Notes under the pieces: generated by a model
Told to the model about the DNA's origin: nothing
Seen by the model: only the letters and a program-made list of their open reading frames with translations
The model's database searches: none
In this document: positions 45,741 to 54,413 of the stretch, piece after piece
Numbering within the stretch: position 1 is the stretch's first letter
Layout: each line of letters begins with the position of its first letter
Translations under genes and position numbers: made by a program
Source: a virus
Taxonomy: Duplodnaviria; Caudoviricetes
Length of the DNA stretch: 54,413 bases
Virus record (IMG/VR): IMGVR_UViG_3300030090_000446
Coordinates: 1-54,413 of that record
Strand: one strand, 5' to 3'

Positions 45741-47198
45741 TTAACCTTTCACTATTATTTCTGTTGCAGATATAGCAGTTCCAGCCACAACACTAGGACT
45801 ATCTGCGCTTGTTCCTAATGTACCATCAGTCTGTACATAATATGTCTGACCTGCTGTTAAACCTGTTTGATCTTTATTTACTGTACCAACCACATCTATT
45901 GTAGCTTCTGCTGTATCAGCGTATGTACCACCTGATGCTAATCCTATGTAGTTTTCGGATGATGTTAAATTAGTTGATTCACCTTTATGTACAATAGCTG
46001 TACCATAATTAGAGTTTCCTGCATCTTGATAAGCAATGACTGCGCTATTAACATTACTGTCAAAAGATGCCCCAATATAGTTTGTTTCACCAGCATTAAA
46101 TACAGTTTCTCCACCATAACTAATATCTGTACCAGACACAGTTCCTATATTAATAGTTCCATGATCACTATTACTTCTGTCATTATAAATAGTAATTACT
46201 TTGTTAATACTACTGTTAAAAGTAGAAGATATATAATCATCTGTTTCTCCTGCATTAAACTCAACAATACTTCCAAAGCTAATTGAAGTTCCGCTTACTG
46301 TACCGACTACAGCTTTTCCTTTATTTGAGTCTCCTGTATCGCAATAACTAATTACAACTTTATTACTATTACTGTCAAAAACAGCACTATTTTTAACTGT
46401 ATTCCCACTTTCAAACTCAACAGCCGTACCAAAACTAATACTCGTACCAGAAACTGTACCAACTATAGCCTTTCCTTTAGTTGAATCTCCAGCATCTGAG
46501 TAAGCAATTACAACTTTATTGCTGTTACTATCAAACGTAGGACTAATATGAGGACTATTAGCACTTTCAAAAACTGCAGCAGATCCAAAACTAATAGATG
46601 TACCGCTAACAGTTCCTACAATAGATGTACCGTAAAAACTGTTGCCATTATCTTTATAGCATACAACTACTTTATTGACGCTACTATCAAACGTAGCTGT
46701 TACAGTGTTAGTTGATGCACTTTCAAAAACTGCCTCACTTCCAAAACTTATAGACGTACCGCTAACAGTTCCAACAATAGCAGTACCATATGCACTGTTA
46801 CCATCATCTGTATATACTATAACTACTTTATTAGTGTTAGAATCAAAAACAATATCTATGTATGAAGTTGCTGCATTATTAAATACAACAGGCGTTCCAA
46901 AAGTTATTGAATTATCGGATGAGTCTACAGTTGCTACAACAGCATTTCCTGTATTAGCTCCACCATCACTGTAAGCAATTACAATTTTATTGTTACTACT
47001 ATCAAAAGCTACAGCATTGTATATAGAACTGGCACTTTCATAGGTAGCTTCAGATCCAAATGTTGCTGCAATAGCAGTTCCAGATACCTGACTAACAGTA
47101 CCAGTGCTATTAACTAATACAGGCTTACCATTTGTAATCGCACCAGATGCAACAGCTTTATATTTACCTGCTTGTTTAGGGGGAACGTATGCTACCAT
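45741..47198 (-). CDS. Putative receptor-binding protein: split carrier domain plus one 7-repeat propeller-like cassette
   Basis: Seven repeats of about 52 aa (FDSNSNKVVIAY.D...GTAIVGTVSGTSISFG); ends YYVQTDGTL...AGTA...IVKG. Confidence 0.7.
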   Translation of the reverse strand: MVAYVPPKQAGKYKAVASGAITNGKPVLVNSTGTVSQVSGTAIAATFGSEATYESASSIYNAVAFDSSNNKIVIAYSDGGANTGNAVVATVDSSDNSITFGTPVVFNNAATSYIDIVFDSNTNKVVIVYTDDGNSAYGTAIVGTVSGTSISFGSEAVFESASTNTVTATFDSSVNKVVVCYKDNGNSFYGTSIVGTVSGTSISFGSAAVFESANSPHISPTFDSNSNKVVIAYSDAGDSTKGKAIVGTVSGTSISFGTAVEFESGNTVKNSAVFDSNSNKVVISYCDTGDSNKGKAVVGTVSGTSISFGSIVEFNAGETDDYISSTFNSSINKVITIYNDRSNSDHGTINIGTVSGTDISYGGETVFNAGETNYIGASFDSNVNSAVIAYQDAGNSNYGTAIVHKGESTNLTSSENYIGLASGGTYADTAEATIDVVGTVNKDQTGLTAGQTYYVQTDGTLGTSADSPSVVAGTAISATEIIVKG

Positions 47199-47201
47199 TT
47201 C

Positions 47202-49784
47202 TTACCCTTTCACAATCAATGTAGAACCAGCTACTGCTGTTCCTGCTGTTACTGATGGACTATCTGCTGTCTGACTTAATGTACCATCTGTTTGTACATA
47301 ATATGTTTGGGCTGGTACTATGTCTTCTAGTATTCCAGCAGGTTGCAGAACTACTGATCTACCGTTATTGCTGTTATCAGCATCTCTATAGGTAAATACA
47401 GATCTTTTAGCATTAGAATCAAAACTAACGCCTACCCAAGATAATTCTCCACTATAAAACACAGCGGGAGAAGTAAATGATATTGATGTCCCTGACACTG
47501 TACCGATTACAAATGTTCCGTACTCACTATTACCAATATCTTCATAACCAATAATTACTTTATTAAGGTTACTATCAAAGTCTATTGCTGTGTAATTTAC
47601 AGAAGCACTTTCGTACACAACAGCAGTTCCGAAAGATATACTAGTTCCGCTAACCGTTCCAACTATAGCAGTACCGTAGTTAGAGTTTCCTTTGTCTTGA
47701 TAAGAAATAACTACCTTATTACTATTGCTATCAAATGTAATTGAGTTCCAATCGGACTCTGCACTTTCGTATACAACAGCAGTTCCAAATGAGATACTCG
47801 TTCCTGAAACGGTTCCCACAATAGCAGTTCCGTAATCACTATTTCCATTATCTCTATATGCGATAACAACTTTATTATTACTGCTATCAAAAGTTGCCCC
47901 CATGTGAAGAGCAAATGCGCTTTCAAAAACTACTGGAGTTCCGAAACTAATAGAAGTACCAGAAACTGTGCCTACAACAGCCGTACCGTAATTGCTGTTT
48001 CCTTGGTCTGTGTAAACAATAACAACTTTATTAGAGTTGCTATCAAAAGTTATCCCGTTTCTAGATGAGGTATTAGTGTTTGCACTTTCATATACAGTTG
48101 GAGAACCAAATGATATGCTATTGTCTGAAGTATCTATTGTTCCTACAATTCCAGTACCATAATACGAATTATCTTCATCTGTATATGCTACAACAATTTT
48201 ATTGCTATTAGAATCATGTATGATCTGACTATCTGTTATTTTAACATTACTATTAAATGCTACAGGTGTACCCCAACTAATACTGTTATCAGAAGCATTT
48301 ATCGTACCTACAGCAACAGTGCCATCATCATCACTTCCTGAGTCTACATAAGAAACAACAATTCTATTATTAGTGCTGTCAAAACAAGATGCAATACGAG
48401 ATGTACTAGCAGACTCAAAAGAAACAGCAGTACCTAGAGAACTAGAAGCAGATGCTATTTGCGGTATATTATCAGCAATAGCACCTTTAGTATTTATTGT
48501 AACAGGCTGTCCAGTTGCTACTGTATCTTGTGCAAAGCCTATAAAGTTTTCTGATGTTAAAGAAATAGGATTAAATGTTTTTATAACTATGGCTTTTCCT
48601 TTATTAGAGTCACCTGCATCTACAAATGCTACTATATTTTTACCAGTATCAGGATCATAAATAACACTGGTATAAGCCGTGCTACCCTCTTCAAACACTA
48701 TAGTTGAACCAAACGTAATATCTGTACCGCTTATAGTACCTGACTTAAACGATCCTTTATTAGAATTACCTTGATCTTTAAAAGTAAATACAGTTTTTTG
48801 TAAACTTGCATCATATACAGCATCGTTAGAAATAGCTTGACCATCATCAAATTCAGCCTCTGTTCCAAAACTTACATCTGTTCCACTTATTGTTGCTACT
48901 CTAGCTTTTGCTGTACTTGAAGTTTGATCCCTATAAACTAAAACTGATTTCTGTGCATTAACATCATAAGCTCCTGCAAGTGTATCAACTACATTAGTAG
49001 ATATAGTAGCTATAGTTCCAAAGCTAACACTTGTTCCACTTATTGTTGCTACTCTAGCTTTGGCAGGTGTATCACTACCACCAGATAAATTTTGATAATA
49101 AAAGATTAAATGCTTTTGAGCGTTTACGTCATATATAACATTTGGCTCTCTAGTATCCTCTGTTTCAAACTCTGCTGAACTACCGAAACTTATGCTTGTC
49201 CCACTGACCGTACCTACTATTGCTCTGCCATCGTCATCGTTATCGTAGTAAGTAATTAAATGTTTCTGAGCATTTACGTCATAGGCAATATGAGGCTCAT
49301 TGCCTTTAGTAGCATCATACGTTGCTTCAGATCCAAAGCTAATACTATTGTCTGAAGGATCAACAGTAGCTACTATTGCTCTACCGGGATTTGAATCTCT
49401 ATAAACAATAACTATTTTACTAGCATTAATATCAAAGCTAGAATTAAACATTCTAGTATTAGCAGATTTAAATACTACAGGACTTCCAAAACTAATACTA
49501 TTATCACTAGAATTTACCGTACCTACAATAGCTGTACCGTAATAGCTATTTCCACTATCTTGATATGCAATAACAATTCTATCTGCATTTGTGTCATATA
49601 CAGCAGAAGCTCTTAAATAAACTTGGTCAGCGTCAAACACAACAGCAGTTCCTGTTGCACCTCCAGTTGGAACACCTACAGTACCATCAGTATTCACAAC
49701 TACAGGCTTACCTCCAGTAATAGCACCAGAAGCTGTACCTTGTGTCTGCCTAGATAACTGTGGGTTATTACCAACGATACGCAT
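47202..49784 (-). CDS. Putative receptor-binding protein: split carrier plus two 7-repeat cassettes
   Basis: 14 repeats; same N-terminal, middle and C-terminal carrier segments as its paralogues. Confidence 0.7.
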   Translation of the reverse strand: MRIVGNNPQLSRQTQGTASGAITGGKPVVVNTDGTVGVPTGGATGTAVVFDADQVYLRASAVYDTNADRIVIAYQDSGNSYYGTAIVGTVNSSDNSISFGSPVVFKSANTRMFNSSFDINASKIVIVYRDSNPGRAIVATVDPSDNSISFGSEATYDATKGNEPHIAYDVNAQKHLITYYDNDDDGRAIVGTVSGTSISFGSSAEFETEDTREPNVIYDVNAQKHLIFYYQNLSGGSDTPAKARVATISGTSVSFGTIATISTNVVDTLAGAYDVNAQKSVLVYRDQTSSTAKARVATISGTDVSFGTEAEFDDGQAISNDAVYDASLQKTVFTFKDQGNSNKGSFKSGTISGTDITFGSTIVFEEGSTAYTSVIYDPDTGKNIVAFVDAGDSNKGKAIVIKTFNPISLTSENFIGFAQDTVATGQPVTINTKGAIADNIPQIASASSSLGTAVSFESASTSRIASCFDSTNNRIVVSYVDSGSDDDGTVAVGTINASDNSISWGTPVAFNSNVKITDSQIIHDSNSNKIVVAYTDEDNSYYGTGIVGTIDTSDNSISFGSPTVYESANTNTSSRNGITFDSNSNKVVIVYTDQGNSNYGTAVVGTVSGTSISFGTPVVFESAFALHMGATFDSSNNKVVIAYRDNGNSDYGTAIVGTVSGTSISFGTAVVYESAESDWNSITFDSNSNKVVISYQDKGNSNYGTAIVGTVSGTSISFGTAVVYESASVNYTAIDFDSNLNKVIIGYEDIGNSEYGTFVIGTVSGTSISFTSPAVFYSGELSWVGVSFDSNAKRSVFTYRDADNSNNGRSVVLQPAGILEDIVPAQTYYVQTDGTLSQTADSPSVTAGTAVAGSTLIVKG

Positions 49785-49792
49785 AGTAATCC

Positions 49793-50050
49793 TTACTCAG
49801 CGTTAGGATCTACCCAATCGGAGTTGTTAGTCCAACTGGTTCCATCAAAGAAATGCTTATTGCCTGACCAACCATCAGGCGCAGTCACATCTTCATGCAT
49901 TGTTGCATTGCTACTGTTAAGATCAGCGATATAGAAATCTACTGGATCACTACCTACTGTGATCATGTCAGATCCCATCGTTACTGGTTTATCATCAGCA
50001 AATACATATTTACTTAATTTAGTTGAGTTCTCTACGATTGTCTTAGCCAT
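49793..50050 (-). CDS. Small tail fibre assembly/chaperone-like protein
   Basis: P.GWSGNKHFFDGTSW..N..W; sits between two paralogues. Confidence 0.55.
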   Translation of the reverse strand: MAKTIVENSTKLSKYVFADDKPVTMGSDMITVGSDPVDFYIADLNSSNATMHEDVTAPDGWSGNKHFFDGTSWTNNSDWVDPNAE

Positions 50051-50057
50051 TTGTGTA

Positions 50058-52637
50058 TTATCCTTTCACAATTAAATCACTAGCACCTATTGCAGTTCCT
50101 GCGATTACTGATGGATCATCTGCGCTAGTACCCAATGTTCCATCTGTTTGTACAAAATATTGTTGTCCTATGGTGAGGTCTTCATCTGTTCCAGCATTAA
50201 CTAAAACTATTGCAGTGCCGTAGTTACTATTTCCAACATCTCTATACGTTATAACTGTTCTATTATTACTACTGTCATAAATAGGAGTTGAATATGTAGA
50301 AGTTGCAGCATTAAATACAACAGGTGTTGCAAAAGTTATATCTGTACCTGATACTGTGCCTGTTACCACTGTTCCTGCATAATATGCACCATCGTCACTA
50401 ATTCTCATATAAGTGATTATTACTTTATTAATTCCGCTATTAAAGGTAGTATGAGTTCTACTTTCTATCTCAATTTGAGCATCTTTAAATACAGATTCAC
50501 TACCAAAACTAATGCTAGTACCAGAAACTGTACCTACGATAGCAGTACCGTTTTGACCGTTTCCTATATCACTATATACAATAACTACCTTGTTACTATT
50601 GGAATCAAAAGTAATACCACCTACTTTAGTTTGTGCTGCATTAAATACCGCTGCTGAACCAAAACTAATACTGTTGTCTGATGAATCGACAGTGCCAACA
50701 ATAGCAGTGCCATGTTGAGAATTTCCATGATCTCTATACGCAATAACTACTTTGTTACTATTAGAATCAAATGTTATTGCTTGTTCCTCTGGATTAGCAC
50801 TTTCATATACAACAGGAGAACCAAATGATATAGATGTGCCACTTACTGCCCCTACTATAGCAGTAGCATAGTTACTATTTCCTTCATCTCTAAATGATAT
50901 TACAACTCTATTTACATTACTATCAAATGTAATTGAATGATCACTTATAACAGCATTTTCAAACTCAGCAGCAGAACCAAAACTAATGCTAGTACTAGAA
51001 ACTGTACCAACTATTGCATATCCATGACCTGAATCACCACCATTATTATACGCAATCACAACTTTATTATTACTACTATCAAAAGTAAGTACATTTTGTG
51101 AAGTTGCTGCACTATTATATACAACAGGAGTTCCATAACTTATAGATGAACCACTTACAGTAGCTACTATAGCTGTACCATAATTTGAGTTTCCAACATC
51201 TCTATATCCTATAACTACTTTATTGCTGTTAGAATCAAAGGTACTTGCAATCCAAGTAGAATCTGCACTTTCAAATACAGTTTCATCTCCAAATGCGTCA
51301 GAAGTAGATGCTATTTGCGGTATATTCCTAGAAATCGATCCAGTGGTTTTTACAGTAGCTTTTTGTCCATTAGCATATGCTGCGTTTGCAAAGCCTATAA
51401 AGTTTTCTGAGGTTAGGTTTAAATCACTTCCATTAAATACAACAGCCTTACCTTTATTACTATCTCCACCATCTGCATATCCTACAACTACCTTATTACT
51501 GTTACTGTCAAATGTTATACCAGGTGTTCCTGGCGCACCAGCTTCATAAATAATAGCGTCTGCTAACGTAACTGAATTACCGCTTACAGTTCCTACTATA
51601 AACTTACCTTTTGAATCATCTTGATCTCGATAAGCAATAACTATTTGATTACGACTAGTATCAAAAGTTGCTCTTGGATCACTAGGAGTTGAAGTTTCAT
51701 AATTAACAGCAGTTCCAAAACTACCAATGCTTGTTCCGCTAACTGATCCTACAATTACTGAACCTGCTGAAGCACCATTATTAGTATGAGATATAACTAT
51801 CGTATTATCATTGCTATTAAAACGTGGTCTATTGTGCTGTGATGTGTATGATCCAAAAACAGCAGGTGTTCCAAATGAGATACTTGTTCCGCTAACTGTT
51901 CCCACGATAGCAGTACCATAGCTAGAATTACCTGCATCTCTATATGCAATAACTACCTTGTTACTGTTGCTATCAAAAGTTATTCCACAATTTCTTGAAT
52001 CGGCAGCTTCAAATACAACAGCCGTACCAAAAGAAATACTATTATCTGATGGATCAACAGTGCCAACAATTGCTGTACCGTGTGCGCTATTTCCCTGATC
52101 ACTATAAGCAATTACAACTTTATTAGAATTGCTATCAAAAGTAATCTGACTTTCTTCTGGATACGCACTTTCAAAAACTACTGGCGTTCCAAATGAGATA
52201 GATGTCCCACTAACCGTTCCTACTACAGCAGTACCATAATTTGAGTTACTTCCATCAGCATAAGCAATTACAATTCTATTACTATTACTATCAAATGTAA
52301 CATCCTCATAAAAATGATTGCCACTTTCGTAAACTGCTTCTGATCCAAAAGAGATAGATGTTCCAGAAACATCACCTACAATTGCTGTACCATAATTACT
52401 ATTACCAGAGTCTGTAAAAACTATAACAACTTTATTACTACTGCTATCAAAAGCAGCACTTGCTGCTCCTGTACTAGCAGTTGCAAATACAACAGCAGTG
52501 CCTGTTGATGCTGCACTTCCGCTAATACCGCTAACAGTACCAGCAGAGTTTACAACAACTGGCGCACCATCTGTTATTGCACCACTAGCAATAGCTCGTA
52601 CTTCAGCATCTAAAGCTATGTCACCGACAGATCTCAT
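50058..52637 (-). CDS. Putative receptor-binding protein: split carrier plus two 7-repeat cassettes
   Basis: 14 repeats; carrier segments as in the other two paralogues. Confidence 0.7.
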   Translation of the reverse strand: MRSVGDIALDAEVRAIASGAITDGAPVVVNSAGTVSGISGSAASTGTAVVFATASTGAASAAFDSSSNKVVIVFTDSGNSNYGTAIVGDVSGTSISFGSEAVYESGNHFYEDVTFDSNSNRIVIAYADGSNSNYGTAVVGTVSGTSISFGTPVVFESAYPEESQITFDSNSNKVVIAYSDQGNSAHGTAIVGTVDPSDNSISFGTAVVFEAADSRNCGITFDSNSNKVVIAYRDAGNSSYGTAIVGTVSGTSISFGTPAVFGSYTSQHNRPRFNSNDNTIVISHTNNGASAGSVIVGSVSGTSIGSFGTAVNYETSTPSDPRATFDTSRNQIVIAYRDQDDSKGKFIVGTVSGNSVTLADAIIYEAGAPGTPGITFDSNSNKVVVGYADGGDSNKGKAVVFNGSDLNLTSENFIGFANAAYANGQKATVKTTGSISRNIPQIASTSDAFGDETVFESADSTWIASTFDSNSNKVVIGYRDVGNSNYGTAIVATVSGSSISYGTPVVYNSAATSQNVLTFDSSNNKVVIAYNNGGDSGHGYAIVGTVSSTSISFGSAAEFENAVISDHSITFDSNVNRVVISFRDEGNSNYATAIVGAVSGTSISFGSPVVYESANPEEQAITFDSNSNKVVIAYRDHGNSQHGTAIVGTVDSSDNSISFGSAAVFNAAQTKVGGITFDSNSNKVVIVYSDIGNGQNGTAIVGTVSGTSISFGSESVFKDAQIEIESRTHTTFNSGINKVIITYMRISDDGAYYAGTVVTGTVSGTDITFATPVVFNAATSTYSTPIYDSSNNRTVITYRDVGNSNYGTAIVLVNAGTDEDLTIGQQYFVQTDGTLGTSADDPSVIAGTAIGASDLIVKG

Positions 52638-52645
52638 TTAAGTTC

Positions 52646-53020
52646 CTATGAAAGTTCTTCGTATGTAACAGTGTATGTTAAATCGTTAGCTGCACTTGCA
52701 GTAACACCAAGAGACTTATCTTCTTCTAAGTATAGCCCCACGTTTTTATCTATAATAACTACGAATGAGTCTGCTGGTACTGCTATAGTAGAAGCAATAA
52801 CTACTGCTGTTCCTGCTAAATCGTCATTCGGATATATTGCTACAGTAACAGTAGCTGAGTTTGTACCATCTACGTTAGATATAATAAGGCTGTTTATTTT
52901 CATTACCTTACCAGATGATGCAGGATTATTTACAGCATTAACTGCTGAAGTTCCTGTTAATAATGCGGTTGCTGTCTTTGCAGTAATGGTTGCTACATTG
53001 ACAATATTAGGTGCTGACAT
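52646..53020 (-). CDS. Small beta-sandwich tail-fibre-associated (adaptor-like) protein
   Basis: PNIVNV...KINSLIISNVDG...VPAD...YLEE...TYEE; AAGGAG RBS directly after the fibre gene. Confidence 0.65.
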   Translation of the reverse strand: MSAPNIVNVATITAKTATALLTGTSAVNAVNNPASSGKVMKINSLIISNVDGTNSATVTVAIYPNDDLAGTAVVIASTIAVPADSFVVIIDKNVGLYLEEDKSLGVTASAANDLTYTVTYEELS

Positions 53021-53033
53021 ATTTTATCTCCTT

Positions 53034-54413
53034 TTAGCCAAATACCATTGCCATTGCAATAGCCTTACCTGTCGATGCTCTAGCATTCAATTGTGTTTGT
53101 ATGTTACTTGTTACACCGTCCAAGTAATCATATTCTGTATTGGTAACACCAGTATCATACAAATCTTTAAGATAGTTCAATTCAGTTACAGATCCATTAT
53201 ACCCATCTAATTTATTTATCTCTGCACCAGTAGATGTAATGGCTGTACCTGCATAGTTTAAGTTACCTGCTGCTATATTTACTTCACCAGTTCCTTTTGG
53301 TGTAATGTCTATGTCGATGTTAGAATCATCACCCATAGCTCCAACAACTACAGATCCACCTGTTGCTGCGTTAGTTATCTCTACAGCATTTACGGCAGAA
53401 CTCGCTGTCTGTAATACTATACCTTCATTACCGTTTGCATCAGCAATAAAACCACCATCAACTATCTTAGGTGCAGTTAGTGTTTTGTTTGTAAGTGTTT
53501 TAGTAGTACCAGCAAAATAAGTATCAAATGTATCTACAGATGTTTGTCTCATTGTACCTGCATCGTTAGTGACAATACCATCACTACCTGCAACTGCTGT
53601 AGTACCTACTGAGGTGTCACCATCAGAACTTGTATTGATTTCTGTACCTGTAGCTTGAACACCTTGAACATCCCTGTTAGCTTCTATATATGCTTTGATA
53701 CTTTGTTGTGTAGCTAGTTTAGTTGCACTATTACTACTAAAGTCATCTTCATCAGCTATGTCTGTAATTGTTATTGTACCGTCTGACAAACTTCCAAAGG
53801 TAACTGTGCCTGTTGATGTAATATTAGATGATCCAGTATTTATAGCACCAAATCCAGAAGTAATACTACCACTATTTAATGCACCTACTGTAGTAGCTGC
53901 TGTAGTTACTAGATTAGGCATTGCAGTTATTTCATCGTCAAAGTATGCTGCTAAGTCTGTTACTGCAACCTGTTTCATAGTGCCATCATCATTAACAACT
54001 ACTCTGTCTGCATCTACTATAGTAGTGCTTGATGCTGATGTACCACCATCCATAATATTTAATTCTTCAGGTGTAGCTGTAACTTGCGTTGTACTTACTG
54101 CTGCTAATACTGGAATTGTTCCCGATTGATTTGGAAGATTAATTGTACGATCAGCAGTTGGATCTATTATAGTTAATGTAGTTTCATGGTCATCAGCAGT
54201 AGCACCTTCAAACACGATTGCATTAGCTGCATTCATTGTAACTGTATCTACGATTGTCTGTGTGCCATTTACTGTTAAGTTTCCTGTAACAGTTAAGTTA
54301 TCGTTTACAGTAACTTCAGAGGTTGTATGACCTATGCTAACAGGAACACCACTAGTTTCTGTGGCTATCTTTAATGTACCTGTAGAATTAGCTATGAGAG
54401 AGTCAGTGCCATC
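53034..54413 (-). CDS. Tail fibre protein, C-terminal 460 codons (open to the right edge)
   Basis: Frame open from 54413; homologous to 1..~900; ends GVTSNIQTQL...GKAIAMAMVFG. Confidence 0.85.
   Translation of the reverse strand, partial: DGTDSLIANSTGTLKIATETSGVPVSIGHTTSEVTVNDNLTVTGNLTVNGTQTIVDTVTMNAANAIVFEGATADDHETTLTIIDPTADRTINLPNQSGTIPVLAAVSTTQVTATPEELNIMDGGTSASSTTIVDADRVVVNDDGTMKQVAVTDLAAYFDDEITAMPNLVTTAATTVGALNSGSITSGFGAINTGSSNITSTGTVTFGSLSDGTITITDIADEDDFSSNSATKLATQQSIKAYIEANRDVQGVQATGTEINTSSDGDTSVGTTAVAGSDGIVTNDAGTMRQTSVDTFDTYFAGTTKTLTNKTLTAPKIVDGGFIADANGNEGIVLQTASSAVNAVEITNAATGGSVVVGAMGDDSNIDIDITPKGTGEVNIAAGNLNYAGTAITSTGAEINKLDGYNGSVTELNYLKDLYDTGVTNTEYDYLDGVTSNIQTQLNARASTGKAIAMAMVFG

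Noticed and set aside
45741-52637. Diversity-generating retroelement or invertase shufflon acting on the repeat genes
   Set aside because: No reverse transcriptase, no adenine-specific TR/VR pair, no recombinase, and all cassettes are co-oriented.

Overview
A nearly complete (about 53.5 kb), AT-rich, podovirus-type phage genome. It resembles marine HMO-2011-type / cobavirus-like phages of Alphaproteobacteria; this assignment is inferred from gene content, including a family A DNA polymerase with a DnaJ-like CxxCxGxG insert. There are two gene arms. The + strand early/replication arm (about 18.6-35.3 kb) carries a C5 DNA methyltransferase, GP88-like protein, MazG, primase, helicase, PolA, nucleases, class II RNR and ThyX. 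The - strand morphogenesis arm runs from about 17.7 kb down to 1 and continues from 54.4 kb down to 35.4 kb; it carries terminases, portal, scaffold, capsid, tail, tail fibre and internal virion proteins. The arms diverge at a G-rich putative genome terminus (about 18.2 kb) and converge on a hairpin terminator (about 35.35 kb). I saw no integrase, RNA polymerase, tRNA or CRISPR array. Most notable: (1) three paralogous proteins in which a split beta-clip-like carrier holds five 7-repeat propeller-like cassettes, with identical DNA islands at the cassette junctions; (2) the two contig ends encode divergent versions of the same tail fibre; (3) a riboswitch/attenuator-like leader and twin promoters for the late operon; (4) a frameshifted portal gene; (5) a shared aromatic/Met-x-x-G-G motif on several late proteins; (6) near absence of CCGG. 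All calls are by-eye motif recognition; no database searches were run.
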